Shown here one piece after another: positions 38,752 through 53,019 of a stretch of 64,000 bases of DNA. Each line of letters begins with the position of its first letter. Position 1 is the stretch's first letter. Source of the DNA: Octopus sinensis (Eukaryota); assembly GCF_006345805.1 (NCBI RefSeq), contig NC_043001.1, positions 81,034,001-81,098,000 of the forward strand. The letters run 5' to 3'. Below the pieces are notes generated by a model. The model was given only the letters and a program-made list of their open reading frames with translations, had not been told where the DNA came from and did no database searches. The translations under genes and the position numbers were made by a program.

Positions 38752-39147
38752 CACACATATATATATATATGTGTGTGTGGGTGTATTGTTGACATCTTAA
38801 GAATCTATAAGCTTGAGAAAGCATGAAATAGACTTTTTTATATCCCAAAAAAGTGGGGTTTAACCCAAAATTTACATACTATTATTTATAGCTTTCTTGG
38901 CTTCAAGATCTACCATTTCAAAAATTGAATTATATATAAATAAATCATCATCATTTAACATCTGTTTTCCATGCTGACAATGTGTGTGTGTGTGTGTGTG
39001 TGCAACATAATGTAACAATGCAATAATATATCCCCTTGATCCAAATTGCACTTGGAACATCCAATGCAGAGAGGTTCCAAGCCACCACAACAGGGAAATG
39101 TATGTGAAGAACAAATGATATAAGCTTATGTTTATTTAGTCACACAT

Positions 39148-39178
<31 letters not shown>

Positions 39179-39189
39179 TACATACATGC

Positions 39190-39520
39190 ATAGTGAAGGT
39201 TTGTGGCTTAGTGGTTAGGGCATTCTGCTCATGATCATAAGGTCGTGACTTCAATTTTCGGCAATAGGTTGTGTCCTTGAGCAAAACACTTTGTTTCATG
39301 TTGCTCCAGTCCACTCTGCTGGCAAAAATGAGCAGTACCTGTATTTCATAGGGCCAGCTTTGTCACACTCTGTGTCACACTGAATTTCCCTTAGAACTAC
39401 ATTAAGGGTACAGGTCTGTGGAGTGCTCAGCCACTTGCACGTTAATTTCACAAGCAAGTGGTTCCATCGATTGTATAAGTTAGGACCCTCATCATCATAA
39501 CCAGCGGAGTGCTCCTTTTC
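39190..39520 (+). mobile_element. tRNA-derived SINE, third family
   Basis: GTGGCTTAGTGGTTAGG (A box), GGTCGTGACTTCAATT (decayed B box), GTGTCCTTGAGCAAAACACT, CTCCAGTCCACTCTGCTGGCAAAAATGAG. A related copy lies at ~3330-3600 and a related head at ~17320-17410 (minus). Confidence 0.78.
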
Positions 39521-39581
39521 ATATAAATATACAAATATACATATATATATATAAATACACACACACACACACACACAAAAC

Positions 39582-39612
<31 letters not shown>

Positions 39613-39630
39613 CATATACACACATATATA

Positions 39631-39673
<43 letters not shown>

Positions 39674-40911
39674 GTCAAAAGATGAGATCAAGAGATTCTT
39701 AGTACAGAAAACACTTAGTAGTGCTCAAATGATTCAAACTTGGACTCTGATGTCTTTATAGGCAATCAATTCTACAGGGTAAAGAATGGCTGTAAGAAGG
39801 ATCAACTTGAGCAGATATGGAAGCATAATTGCCTGTGTGTGTGTTTGTGTGTACAACAGATTACTTTCTTTTTTTTTTGTTCTCTCTCTCTCCCTCTCTA
39901 CCCCAGTATTTTTCATATTTTTTCTTAATGTAATTATTTCTGTCATTCTGTTCTATTCTCTTGTTTCTTTCTTTCTGGATATGTTGCTGAACCTGTCATA
40001 TCCAAACCTATCTTATTTCTTTTTACCCTCCATTCCACCTGTTTTTATGTTTCTGTATACCACCTGTTCTTCTTCGATCTTCATGACACCCATGCAGAAC
40101 CATTATACCCCCTATACACCACAGCATGCAATCCCACCACCACCACCATACACAATTTCTCTTAGATTAATACCAAACCTTAAATCACGTTACATACTCA
40201 AATACACATGTGCACATACATACATACATAAACTTGTTCACTCACATACCCATTCATGATATGCATATGTAAAAGAGCGAATGTAAGCTACATTCATTCA
40301 TTCACTCACTCACACACATACACAATGTGCCCTCACACATGCACTTGGACTCTACACACATACATGTACTCTCATATGAACATGCACTCATATACACTCA
40401 CTCAGCCACACATACACACACACACATACCCATACCTAATACTCATGCACATACGCACAGGTATGTAAACCACACACACAAAACTAAACTACAGTGATCA
40501 AGAATTAAGAAAAGGAAAGAAAGGTAGAAAGAAAGCAAGTAATCAGTAAATGAGTGTAAGAGTGGGAGGAGGTTGGTGGTGGTGGTGGTGGTGGTGATGG
40601 TGGGGGTATGCAATGAGAAATTCCTTTACAAAGAATCAATGCAACATCTTGGGTTATAATACACTTATTGTTGATGTAGTGGTTTCGGTTATTACCATTC
40701 TTTATGGTGCTTACTGGCATCTCTAGATATTCCCCATTGCTTCTTCTCTTCCTCTCTCTTGCCCTCCTTCCCTCCCTCCTTCAGTCTCTCAACCATTGAC
40801 ACTGCACAACAATCACTGTTCTACACAGATACACACATGCACTTAGAGATGCAGAAATGCAAGCTTACTCACGCATTCTCTCTCTCACTCTCTCTCTCTC
40901 TCTCATTCCCT

Positions 40912-40952
<41 letters not shown>

Positions 40953-40974
40953 TATATCTATATATATATATATA

Positions 40975-41020
<46 letters not shown>

Positions 41021-41908
41021 TCACACACACATATATTTACTTGAGCATACATAAATGTATGTGTCTGCATACATACATATATGTATGTATTTATATGTGT
41101 GTATGCATACATATAGATACATGCGTGTATACATATACATACACCCTCACATTGCAGCACATTTTCCTGTTTATGCACACATGCACCACACCTAGATTTT
41201 AACACTTAGACAATATGCATGTATTTACACACACACACACACACAAACACACACACGAACACACGTACGTTAGCTTCAACAGCAAAAGCAAAACACGACA
41301 ATGACAGAATCTGCTTCTTTCAACATAAAGACTTATTTTTATGTCTGAAAAATAAAAATGTCTTAACGTAAAGTTATTTATTATTCACATGTAATAGGGG
41401 AATGTAAGATTAGATACATTTCTCTCTCTCTTCTCCTCTAAGGTGTACTCAGTCAAAACAGTGAAAACAACAGCAATAATAATAATAATAATAATAATAG
41501 TAACTGTAGCAATTCAGTTGTTTTAACATTCATACCAGCCCAGCCCAACCCCCAATTCCCTGCTCCTTGCCTGCTATCCTATCCTATCCCTGTCCTATCT
41601 CAATCAGATCCAATCTGATTCAATCCGTTCCATAGCACTGTACCAATATTATGAGAGTATCCATGAAAATGAGACTGGCATTTTCTGTTTCTGGCACAAC
41701 AGCTATAACAATAAATATACACACAGCGTTCATTGGTGTTTACTTTGTGAGAGTTCTTTGGCATTCCTCAACAACAAGACTCCCATAGAAACAGCAAAAT
41801 TAGTTATATATGTGTGTGTGTGTGTGTGTGTGCCTATAAACCTGTACATACATATACATGTATGTATTTGTGTATATGTGTATATATATACACAAATATA
41901 TATATATA

Positions 41909-41925
41909 GACTTATATGCACACAC

Positions 41926-41980
<55 letters not shown>

Positions 41981-42018
41981 CTTATATGCACACATATATA
42001 TATATATAGACTTATATG

Positions 42019-42050
<32 letters not shown>

Positions 42051-42110
42051 GACTTATATGCACATATATATATAGACTTATATGTATATAGACTTATATG
42101 CACATATATA
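41909..42110 (+). repeat. Six copies of GACTTATATG(CAC) separated by variable-length (TA)n
   Basis: Copies start at 41909, 41979, 42009, 42051, 42075 and 42091. Confidence 0.92.
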
Positions 42111-42599
42111 CATATATACACACACACTTCTCACTCTCTCTGTCTCTCTTCCATGGATGTGTGTGATGTCTTTTCATTTTGTTTTGTCTTTTACTCCATT
42201 TTTCTGTCTTCAATTTTTTTCTAGTAATTCTTTTACTTTTTTCTCATTCATTATTTTTCATGTTGTTTTAGATTTCTATTCTCTCTCTCTCTCTTTCTCT
42301 CCCTCTCTCCCTAATTTTATTTTTTTTACTTCTTACTTTTCATTCGTTCTCGTTGTGCTTTTTCCATTTTGTTTTTCTTTTTTTTTCTTCTCTCTCTCTC
42401 CTCTCCTCATCTACCACCCTACCTCTACTTTACCATTCCTTTATGTCTTGAAACAAATTCACAAGTCTTTTATCTAAAGTGCATGTTTGATTGTTGCGTT
42501 CTGTAAATAGGTTGGCTGGAGATTGCTGTTTCTTATGTGTACCTATCACTTAGGTTTCCATGTTTAAAATAAAGAAAAAGAGATTTCTTTATATTCCTC

Positions 42600-42607
42600 T
42601 ATTATTG

Positions 42608-42650
<43 letters not shown>

Positions 42651-42880
42651 CATCATTATTATTATCATCATTATTATTATTATTATCATTATTATGATTA
42701 TCATTATTATTATTATCATTATTATTATTATTATTATCATCATTATTAACATTATTATTATTATTATTACTATTAACATTATTATTATTAACATTATCAT
42801 CACTAGTATCATTGTTATTAAGATTTCTGTTATCATTTTTATCAGTTTTTTATTATAATTATTATTATTAACATTGTTAT
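42600..42880. repeat. (ATT/ATC)n trinucleotide array
   Basis: Visible directly; source of the poly-Ile/Met ORF. Confidence 0.95.
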
Positions 42881-43473
42881 TATGTGTATGTACATGCACA
42901 ATGTAATACACACTCTCTCACTCCTCCCCTACCTCCCCCCTCTCTGTCCCTTTGCATCTTTCAGAAGTCTTTTCTTTATCTTGTAATGTTGTCATTGGTC
43001 TCTGTAGTTCTTTACTCTTTCGCTCTCTTTTTATTAATTTATATATTTGTTTGTTTATTTTGTTCTCTACGATGCCTAAGTTGTTCTTACTTGATGTCCT
43101 GATAGTAACCATAAGAAAGTTAAGTGTGTTACTAATATTTGTTCCTGAAAATTCAGTTCCAAACATATTGCATATCTTTTCTCCATTACAATGTTTTCCT
43201 TTTTTTTCTCTCCTTTTATTCCTTTTCTCCCTTTTTATTAACCAATGTAAATGTATCAAGCTCTTGAGAGCAAAAGAAAAACCAAAAAATGTTCCATTGA
43301 TAGCCATAACTTTCTTTTTTTTTCCTTTCTCCCTCCTTCTAGCTGTTCTTTCTACCTTTGTTTGATTTCCATATAGGTGAGGAGATTTAACAACACCTCT
43401 AAGAACAAAAGAAATAATGTTAATATTTATCCCCTTCCCCTTAAATGGTAGACCATAAGGGAAAACTCGAAAT

Positions 43474-43511
43474 CAAAATGGCCGATGAATGTTTTTCAGT
43501 CGGCCATCTTG
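43474..43511. promoter_or_regulatory. Inverted pair of YY1/Pho-like motifs
   Basis: CAAAATGGCCGA (43474-85) and TCGGCCATCTTG (43500-11; reverse complement CAAGATGGCCGA), with a 14-bp spacer, in non-repeat sequence. Confidence 0.4.
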
Positions 43512-44221
43512 TAATTGTGTTCATAATGTATATGTACAATTGCCAAGGATGTGTATATGTATGTGCGTGTTTATAGACATACAATTAAGATGTGTGTGGA
43601 CATGTGTATGTATATACACACACATATGTATGTATACATGTGTGTATGTATATATATATATATATATACACATAAATAAATAATAATGTATAAGTAGATA
43701 AATACAGGGTTTTCTTTTGATACATTTCCATTATAATCTCCTTCTTCCTCTTCCTCCTCCTATGTACCACATTTCATTGAGATTGTTCAAAAATCTTAAA
43801 TAGAATTTGTCTCATGTTCTCAATAGATTCTTCATAATTGATTTGACTTCAGTTCTGTAGATTACTTGAAGCAATGCTATTAAAAATAAAAAAAATGGTA
43901 ACAATAATAACTAAATAAAAAAAAAATTAAAAAAACTACTGTTGAAAGGGAGAGAAATGTATATTTTCATTCAATGTGAAATGAAAAATTTCATTTTAAA
44001 TTTAAAATCATTTGGTGGTGATGTTAGTATATCAACTGCTGACCTTACAGACAATAGTCTGACACATTTTCAACCCATGCTATCATCTGTAGCTTTTCAA
44101 TATAAAAGCATTCCAGCAGTAACCACCCCAACATTTTTATTTTATTTTTTTCTCTCTGTTCAGATCTACTGTATCTTGGAGCATAGCTGTGTCCTTTTTG
44201 ATATGGCAGGGTATGGTTTAA

Positions 44222-44395
44222 CCCTTTGTTATGTAAACTAGTCAGATCTGGCCTTTTACACATACTCTACAAAGTCATTTTAAAATTGAACAGTCACTTC
44301 ATTAAAATTCCAAAGCTACAATGTAATGCATGATTAATTCAAAACAATGTGAATAAATAAGCATTACATTTGTCAGTCATTTAAATGCTAAAGGG
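44222..44395 (+). mobile_element. piggyBac-type MITE (second family)
   Basis: TTAA|CCCTTT ... AATGCTAAAGGG|TTAA. Related copies lie at ~1930-2098, 28126-28350, 29040-29162, 44555-44720 and 57948-58175. Confidence 0.8.
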
Positions 44396-45983
44396 TTAAT
44401 GGAAATTTGGTCGCTATTTCTAGTAGGTCAAGCTATAGTATAGAGGTTCAGTGATTGCTTGTTTCATGATTCTACTTTTTGCTTTTTCAGACATAATGTA
44501 TCTTGGAATATCATAACTAATACATCCTTTCTAAGATGACTGGGTATGACTAAACCCTTTAGTATTTAAACTGGCCATATCTGGTCCAAATATTCTACCT
44601 GTTTTATATTCAGGTTGACTAGATTTGGTCTCTTACATCTACACTACAATGTCATTTTACAATTAAGCAATCATCACATTGAGATTTCAAAACTAAGAGA
44701 TATTGCATGATTAATTCCTGCATTCCCATTGCATGGCACATCAAGCAAATTTTTTTCTACTATCATTCCAGGTCAAGTGGATTTGGTAGAAAGAAACTGT
44801 GTAGAAGTTTATTATGTATGTGCAGAAGCCCATCATAAACTGGTTTTGGTTTGTTTGCATCCTCATAACTTAGCAACACAGTAAAAGAGACTGATAGAAT
44901 AAGTGTCAGACTGGGGTCAACTTCTTTGACTAAACCTTTGGAGGTAGTGCTCCAGCATGACTACAGTCTAATGTAACAATTAAAAAAAGAAAAAGAATAA
45001 CTCTTTAGAAGGCATCATTCTCTGGTAGACATGGTGGAGGCTGGGTTTGCTTGTATCACAAAGTTTGCATTTAATCAATGGAAGTACAGTTTGCTAAATA
45101 CCTTACTCTAATTATAACCATTTCTTTTCCGTTTTGATGTTTTTCTTTTTGGCATGTGTAGGGGTATGTGGAAGGGTTGTGTGTGAATAAGTTGTATTAT
45201 AATCTCTTTATTTTTTTTTTAATTCTGCTGAATGACAGTGCATAGCGTACAGTAGCAATAACAACATGTCGAAGATTCTCTGCATTAGTTTGGCATATCA
45301 GTTTGCAAGAGGAACTACCGTTTCCAGGAGAATGAGGATGCTAAATAACTATTTTCATTGGATGCTTGGGATAGAAGAGGTAATGGTGGTGCATTATTTT
45401 TATGTGCGTATGTGCATAATTGTATTGCTGGTGGTATCTTTATGTGCATATGCAAGTATACTTGTATGTGTATGTAACTGGAGTGCCGGTAGTGTTTTTA
45501 TGTATGTGTATGTATTTGCAATGCTGTTACTATGTTCATACATGTAGCTGCATTGGTGGTAGTGCATTTATGCACATGAGTGTGTATGTAATTGTACAAG
45601 TGTTTGTATGTATGTGAGTGTATGTATCTGATGTAGCAATGATAGCAGTGTGTGTAACTCTGATAGCTGTGTATGTGTGTGTAATTGTACAAGTGTTTGT
45701 ATGTATGTGCAGATATGTATGTGTGTGTAATTATACAACTGCTTTGTATGCACATACTTATGTGTGTGTATGTGATTCTAATAGCTGTATGTATATAATT
45801 ATCATAGTGGTGTATGTTTTTATGTTTACTTGTACTGTATTTGTGTATATGTATAAAGTGAATAAACCTGATGGTGTGATAGTAATCTTAATGGTAATGT
45901 GTATAACTGTATATAGGTGTGTGTGTGTGGTGTGTGTGTAATTATTTTACTTGTGTGCAAGTAATTAATGTTGTGTGATGGTC

Positions 45984-46021
<38 letters not shown>

Positions 46022-46863
46022 TGATTGTAATTCAGCTGGTGTGTGTGAGTAATTTCCATAGCAGTGTGTAATTATGTGTATGTTGTTGTTATAGTAGTAC
46101 TTCTGTGTGTTGAGTTATTATGGTGTGTGTGTGTGTGTGTATGTATGTGTGTGTGTGGTATGTGATGATATGATTATAATTCTAGTGATGTGTATGAATG
46201 TTGTTGAACATGTGTGTCTATGTCTTTGGTGTGATCATACTGTAATTCTAGTAGTGTGTGTGTGTGTGTGTGCATGAGTAATTGTTGTGATTTGGGTATT
46301 ACTTCCACTAGTGGAAATACCCATGTAATGGCAACAGCAGCAACCGTGGATCTATAACACCATTAAACCATTTCAAGAGAGGAAAAAGAAACATAAAAAC
46401 AAGAAAATTATCCCTTATCATGTTTTTCTACTTTGCAATCTGTCAGCTACTCATTTACAGATAGATGTGAGGGACTTCATGCATCAAAACTTCAACCTTC
46501 TCCTCTCCGCTCTTCTCTTCTTACTTTATCAAGTATAAGAGGCTTTCCACTCAATACACACACACACACACACATGACCATAGTGAGACATATATCTGTA
46601 GATAGACATTTGTAATCATCATCACTATAATCTACACCATTGTCAGTTTGTTGTCTGTGTTTCTTAAGCATCGATATAGGTTTCAGTGATTGAAAATGTG
46701 TATGAAAGTGTGTACATCTTCCATTTCTTCCTTTCTCGCCCTTCTGTTTCCCTTTCTCTCTCCCTCATCCTCCCTCCTATCTCTCTCTTTCTCCACACAT
46801 GCTCATACATATGTGTGTATTTGTATATGTATACATCTGTATCTCTATCTCTATATGTGTAAC

Positions 46864-46907
<44 letters not shown>

Positions 46908-47499
46908 ACCTGCCATGATTGTTATGCAAACGGTGAAAGCTGTATCTTTCGCAATGCATTTCTGTCATTAATTCCGGCATGTCTTACAAGCGCTGTTACT
47001 ATCACGTTGCAAAGGTCTTAACAAACACCACTCTATATATCTATTACATCTAGCCGATGCATGGAAATACATGACAAAAGTGTTAAGGCGAAATCTTCAA
47101 CTTTATACTAGCATTTTGCAGGCTGTATTGCCAGGAGTAATGGATGGTGTGCACATTTTAATGCTGTGCATTGCATGTGCAATCCAACACTTCAGTATTA
47201 AATGTCTTTAATTAAAAGTATTGCATTTAAACTTGCTTGTTGTAATTGCTCATATTGGCATTGTTCTCAATGCAGCAAATTCTACTGGAATGGTATCCAG
47301 AAGACAACTGCTAGCATAGCTGCAAGAATATAGAAGCATTGGTAAATAAAATAACAATGACATTACTAAAGATTGTAAGGACAATACATTAGAAGAATTG
47401 ACAGCAACACTGTGCTAGCGCTGCTACAATGGCACCTCGATAATGGTATAAGTAGCAGCATCTTGAAAGCATCTATAGAATTGTGACACCATTGAGAAG

Positions 47500-48000
47500 T
47501 TGCAGTGACATATCAGTTAGCAACATTACTATTAACAGCATTACTATTGGTGGTCTCACTGTTAGCAGCATCAACTACAAAATAGTTAGCATTGCTAACA
47601 GCAGTGTAACTGTTAGCAATATGTGCATTACTGTTAGCAACAATAACAGCATGGATCTTGCATCTTGCAACAACAGATACATCATTATAAGCCACAATAC
47701 ATTGCTGTTTGTTGCACTTGCAAGAAAGCTGTTAGCAACATTGGCATTGCAACAACACTGTCAGCCAGAATTTCGACATTGCTATTGACCTCAATGGCAA
47801 CATTGCTGTTAAACACCACCACCATCACCACAACAACAATAACAGCACTAACATTGCAATTAGCAACAACAACAATGTCACAGTTAGCAACAGCTATGGT
47901 ATGACTTCTAGCATTCATAACATAGTTAGCAACAATTGTGACAGCCTTATTAGCTACAACTACAGTACCTCTGTTAGCAACAATTCTGTGGCAACAATAT
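47500..48000 (+). repeat. Cryptic repeat rich in GTTAGCA(AC)
   Basis: GTTAGCA occurs at 47516, 47561, 47585, 47612, 47633, 47731, 47883, 47925 and 47973; six of these extend to GTTAGCAAC. Confidence 0.8.
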
Positions 48001-48916
48001 CAGATATGGCACTAGGTCCTTTATGTCATAGTTGTTTATCTTTTGGGCAGCCCTTATCAAGTAGACTTATGACCAAAACATTCCTGCCATGACCACTCCA
48101 TCTTTTATCTATCTGACTAAGACCAAAGACCACATTATCCAAGATAGGCTATGATTTGAAGGAGAGTTGGTTACTGTTCCTGCCATATTGAGGTTCCCTT
48201 TTTGGCTTGATAAATGCTCTGCTGCAAGCTATAACGTTGTGTTTGTAAACCATTTTAGGGATCAACTAAAGGTTCCACTTTAGTTGACTTATTCACACTT
48301 ATTTTTACTTCTATATGTCAATTGGTTATTTCTCTCTCTTGTCCACTTTCTCTGTCTGTTCTTTACCATCACCATCTGTGTGTATGAGCGTGCACATGTG
48401 TGTATGTGTGTGTGTGTGTGTGTGTTATTCAACATATCTCTCTGATCTTTGACTTTTTTCACTCACTCTACATTCTCACTGCCCGATTCAGTTATTTTTC
48501 TGTCTTTTTCTTTAATCAGATATGTCCAACTGGATATATCGCAAACAATTTACAAAGGATGAATTGATATAGTCAGAACCAGTAGTGTTGTATCTGTTTC
48601 TAAACTCTATACATGTCTGTACACACAGAGCCAACCACACACATACACATTTTCCTTGCAATTTTCTTGGTGAGTACACACATACATAGGTACCTATTTA
48701 CACACACATGCACACAAATACATGCTTTTTCCCTACAGTTTTCTTGTTCTATATGCACATACACACTCTCTTTCCCTTAAATTTTCTTGGTGTTTTTGTG
48801 TACATATACACAAATGCCTTTTCTCTTTTTCCTGGTGCACACACACACACACATGGGCTCACAACTACACTTTTATCCTTTAATTTTCTTGCTGCATATT
48901 CCTGCACACACACATG

Positions 48917-48948
<32 letters not shown>

Positions 48949-49361
48949 TCTTCTATATAAATTATATTAACCTGACATGAAGCAAGGTTCAAATGATCTG
49001 CCTGCTTGAGTAGAGATGATTTTGGTCAGGTTCGCAATTAAGTTGGTCAGGTTAGGTGACCAAGTACTCATTCATCGTGAGTTAGAGAAATTGATGCAGA
49101 TCTCTGCACTGGCATTGATATCTGTTCATTAGTTCCATGTGTATGTCTTGTGCTGTTGCTTTAAAAGTGAGGAATTCTGTGTATGAATGCACTCAAGTTC
49201 TGGTTCCCTGCTATACTTGATGATGGTAGTTGACAAATGGTCTAAAGTTAAGTGTGGAATAAGTGAGCCTGTGCTATGATTGCTCTTGTTATGTGAGTAA
49301 TGCTTTCAGCCTGGATTTGGTGAAAAATAAGTAGAGGACTTTCCTTGACAGATATATTTAA

Positions 49362-49579
49362 CCCTTTCAACATCAAACAGCCTGAGACTACCCCTGGTTC
49401 TATCATAGAAACTTTGCTTTAAAGTAATCTAACTTAAAACATTCCATCAGAATTTAATGTTGATTTATGTTCCATGCACCATCTTAATAATGACAGTTAT
49501 TTTACTAAATTTTCCATTATGTTCAAAATTAATTGAAACAACAGAAGTGTATTTCAACATAAAAGTGGTAACAAAAATG
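49362..49579 (+). mobile_element. piggyBac-type MITE (same family as 23993-24214)
   Basis: TTAA|CCCTTT start and internal homology (CCCCTGGTTCTA, AAACCTTCCATC, TCAAAATTAATTGAAAC, TTTCAACA). Other copies lie at ~22657-22866 and 50090-50300. Confidence 0.72.
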
Positions 49580-52069
49580 TTAAAGTGTTGTAAATTAAAA
49601 CCTTCCATTAAAACTTCATACCAATTTATGTTTCATTCACAAACTTATTAATAACAAAGTTACTCTGCTAAGATCATCCTCATCACTTTACATCCATTGG
49701 CCTTGCTAGCATGGGTTAGATGGTTTGACAAGAGTTGGCAAGCTGGGGGGCTGCACCCAGTTTTAACATTTTGCTGCAGAGTATGGGTCTTCTTGAGTAA
49801 GGGAAGGTACCAGGCATCATCTCGCCTGAAGGGTTCAGCATCCTGAGGTTGTTCTTCAGCCTATCATATGTATATAGCTATGTATGTGCATCTTTGTGTC
49901 TGTGTTTGTCCTCCATCACGACTTAACTAGTGATGTTGGTGCCTGTACAACCCTGTAACTTCAGCAAAAGATACTGATAGAATAAGAACCGGGCTTTATA
50001 GAAAAAAGGTGCTGAGGTTGATGCATTCTATTAAAATCCTTCAAGGCAGTGCCCCAGCATGGCCACAGTTTTATGACTGAAACAAATAAAAGATTATTTT
50101 CAAAATTAATTGAAACAAAGGAAGTGTATTTCATCAGAGATAGGATAACAAAAGGATTAAAGTGATCTAAATTGAAACCTATCAAAATTTCATCTGGATT
50201 TATGTTTTATATACACACCTAATAATGACAAAGTTATTCTACTAAAATCTTCATTATTTTCAAGATTATTTGATACAGTGTCAGTGTATTTCAACAGAAA
50301 TTTGTGTCAGGGATATATGTTATTGGCAATTTTACGAAATTATTATGAGAATAGTAAGTTTATCGATATCATAAAAAGTTGGCTTATATATAATGAATTG
50401 TTTAGATACATCCTTCTATGTGTGGCTGTATAGTAAAAAGTTTGCTTCTCAACCACATAGTTTTGGGTTCAGTCCCGTTATGTGTGTCTGTCATTGTGTC
50501 TATGTTTGTCCCCTACAAGCACTTGAAAACTGGTGTTAGTGTGTTTACATCTCTGTAACCTAGTGGTTCAGCAGAAGAGAGTAATAGAATAAATACTGGG
50601 GTTGGTTCATTCGGTTCAGAATTCTTCAAGGTGGTGCCCCAGCATGGCCACAGTCTAATGACTAAAATAAGTAAGAGATAAAAGATTCTGAGTTCATATC
50701 TCACTGGGCCCACTCTATCTTTCTCTCACTTCCACTGTCACACATTGGAATCTTTTAAACAAATACCGGAACATTTGTGATGATTTCCTCTTTTGTTTGT
50801 GCTACATTGGTGGCACAAATATCTGTTGATTCCTTCCAAACCTTCCTCTCTTTAACAGATGTTACAGCTCCTGTAACAGGGTGAAAAATGTATTTTTGTT
50901 TGGTTGAAATATAAAAAGACGTCAAAAGTGAGAGAGATGTCATCTGTCTCAAACCACCATTAGCCAACTTTCTAACCATTAAATCGCCCTTAATAGCTTT
51001 AAACACTCAGACACTTTTGTTCATTAATGGATTGGTAGAAGAGTGAAACTATTTCAGGATTTTATGGGGAGTCATAAAGATTGATTCAACATTTACTAAG
51101 TGTCCCCTGACATAGATTTCCTTCCTGTAGTATTGACTGTAATGTCTGTGTAGGTTAATCTATATCTCAGGTACTTAGCATCCGTCAACTGGGAATTAAA
51201 ATTACTACATCTCAAACAGTATTTTCATTTGTAGTTTTGGCTTATATTCCTTCTTTGTATGGAAAAGGATGGGCAGGTTTGTATAAATCTACTGGGTCCT
51301 CAGATGTTGAGTCAATCATTTTGGCTTTTCCATCATGGTTTTCTATGTGTATATGTATGATATGCATGTGCAAAACCCCTCTCCCACACTCATATGAATA
51401 ACATGCTCTATTCTGCTCCCCCTATGATAGCCCCTCTTCCTTATAAGTACGTGTTGAGCACTTTGATGTTTTTGCTTGTGAAATTGTAATGTGTATGCAC
51501 TATGTCTGTGTACACATATTTAGTTACCCAATAGGGAATCTGGATAGCATTATGAGTACATGTTTGAAGTCATGCTTGCTTCGTTTCACATATGTCCGTT
51601 CTGTAAGTGTTTATCAGCATTGCTTCTTTATCACTGTGGCCATCTTTGCTTGTGGACACTGTAAAATCTATTTACTATCCCCAGCTGGAAATTGAAACTG
51701 GGAATAACAACTCTCTTAACTGTTATATCTTCTGCTTTAGTGTTGAAAAAATGATTAATGAAAGTTTACATGTTAATAAAAATATAATTTCAATTATTGT
51801 TACCACACTCTACTTTACTGTATTTGCTATATGCATGGACTTACAGATATACATACATATGCATACACATCTATATGTATACATGCACACTTACATGCAT
51901 ACATATATACATATTTACCCTTTCATACACAGATCTGCTTACATACTTGCATATATATGTATATACACACACACACATACACACACAAATATCATCACTA
52001 TTATATATATGTGTTTGAGTGTACCTGTGTTTGTGTATCTGTATGTCAGTGTATATATGCATATCTGAA

Positions 52070-52100
<31 letters not shown>

Positions 52101-52586
52101 TATATATACATACACACATACATGCAAGCATACATTCACATATGTATGTGTACTATAGCCAAAAGTTCAAATGCCAGACTACTCTTCCTGTCACCAACCT
52201 TCATCTGTTTCCAAGTAAGGAAATATTTCTCATGGTCAAATATGTTTCACACAGAAGGTTTGAAATGAACTACCTCACTTATATGTCGGGGATACTCATT
52301 TACAACCATCATATGATGTATAGACCAGGGTACATACACATGCGTGCGCACACACACATATACACACACATGTAACTACACACATGCTGTTAGTGATTTT
52401 TTTTCTCCTTCTTTGGACTTTCCAATTTTCATTTCTGATAAAGAGCTATGCTCAAAACATCAAAACCTCTCTCTTTCTACCAAGCATCAAACAAATACAT
52501 TCCCTGTGCATGTCCTCTTGTTTGTTGTTATTATCTTTAATGTCCAATTATTCAATTTGACTTACATGTATATATATATATATATA

Positions 52587-53019
52587 CTTGTGAAGACCTG
52601 TTGAGGCAAGTGAAAATCAAAATCAAAAATCAAATCAATCAACATCAATGGAAATTGTAGCTGTGATACCAGTGCCGGTAGCACATAAGAGAACCATCTG
52701 AACGTGGCCGTTGACAGTGCCGCCCCGACTGGCTTCCGTGCCGGTGGCACGTAAAAAGCACCATCCGATTGTGGCCGTTGCCAGCCTCGCCTGGCCTCCG
52801 TGCCGATGGCATGTAAAAAGCACCATCCAATCATGGCCATTTGCCAGCCTCGTCTAGCACATAAAAAGCACCCACTACACTCATGGAGTGGATGGTGTTA
52901 GGAAGGGCATCCAGCCGTAGAAACATTGCCAGATCAGACTGGGCCTGGTGCAGCCTTCTGGCTTCCCAGACCCCAGTTGCACCATCCAACCCATGCCAGC
53001 ATGGAAAGCGGACGCTAAA
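52587..53019 (+). mobile_element. Young RTE 3'-UTR element, 5'-truncated at a (TA)n run
   Basis: Starts at GAAGACCTG (RTE ORF end). Contains repeated GGCAC(G/A)TAAAAAGCAC units of ~58 bp and the tail CAACCCATGCCAGCATGGAAAGCGGACG. Many CpGs are intact. Confidence 0.8.

Noticed and set aside
41909-42110. CRISPR-like repeat-spacer array
   Set aside because: The repeat is only 10-13 bp, the spacers are pure (TA)n, there are no cas genes, and the context is eukaryotic.
48519-48570. Strong acceptor followed by ICPTGY (EGF-like)
   Set aside because: All frames stop within 17 codons and there is no donor.
50755-51006. 83-aa minus-strand ORF of ordinary composition
   Set aside because: No recognisable motif or splice signals; possibly an old TE fragment but unassignable.
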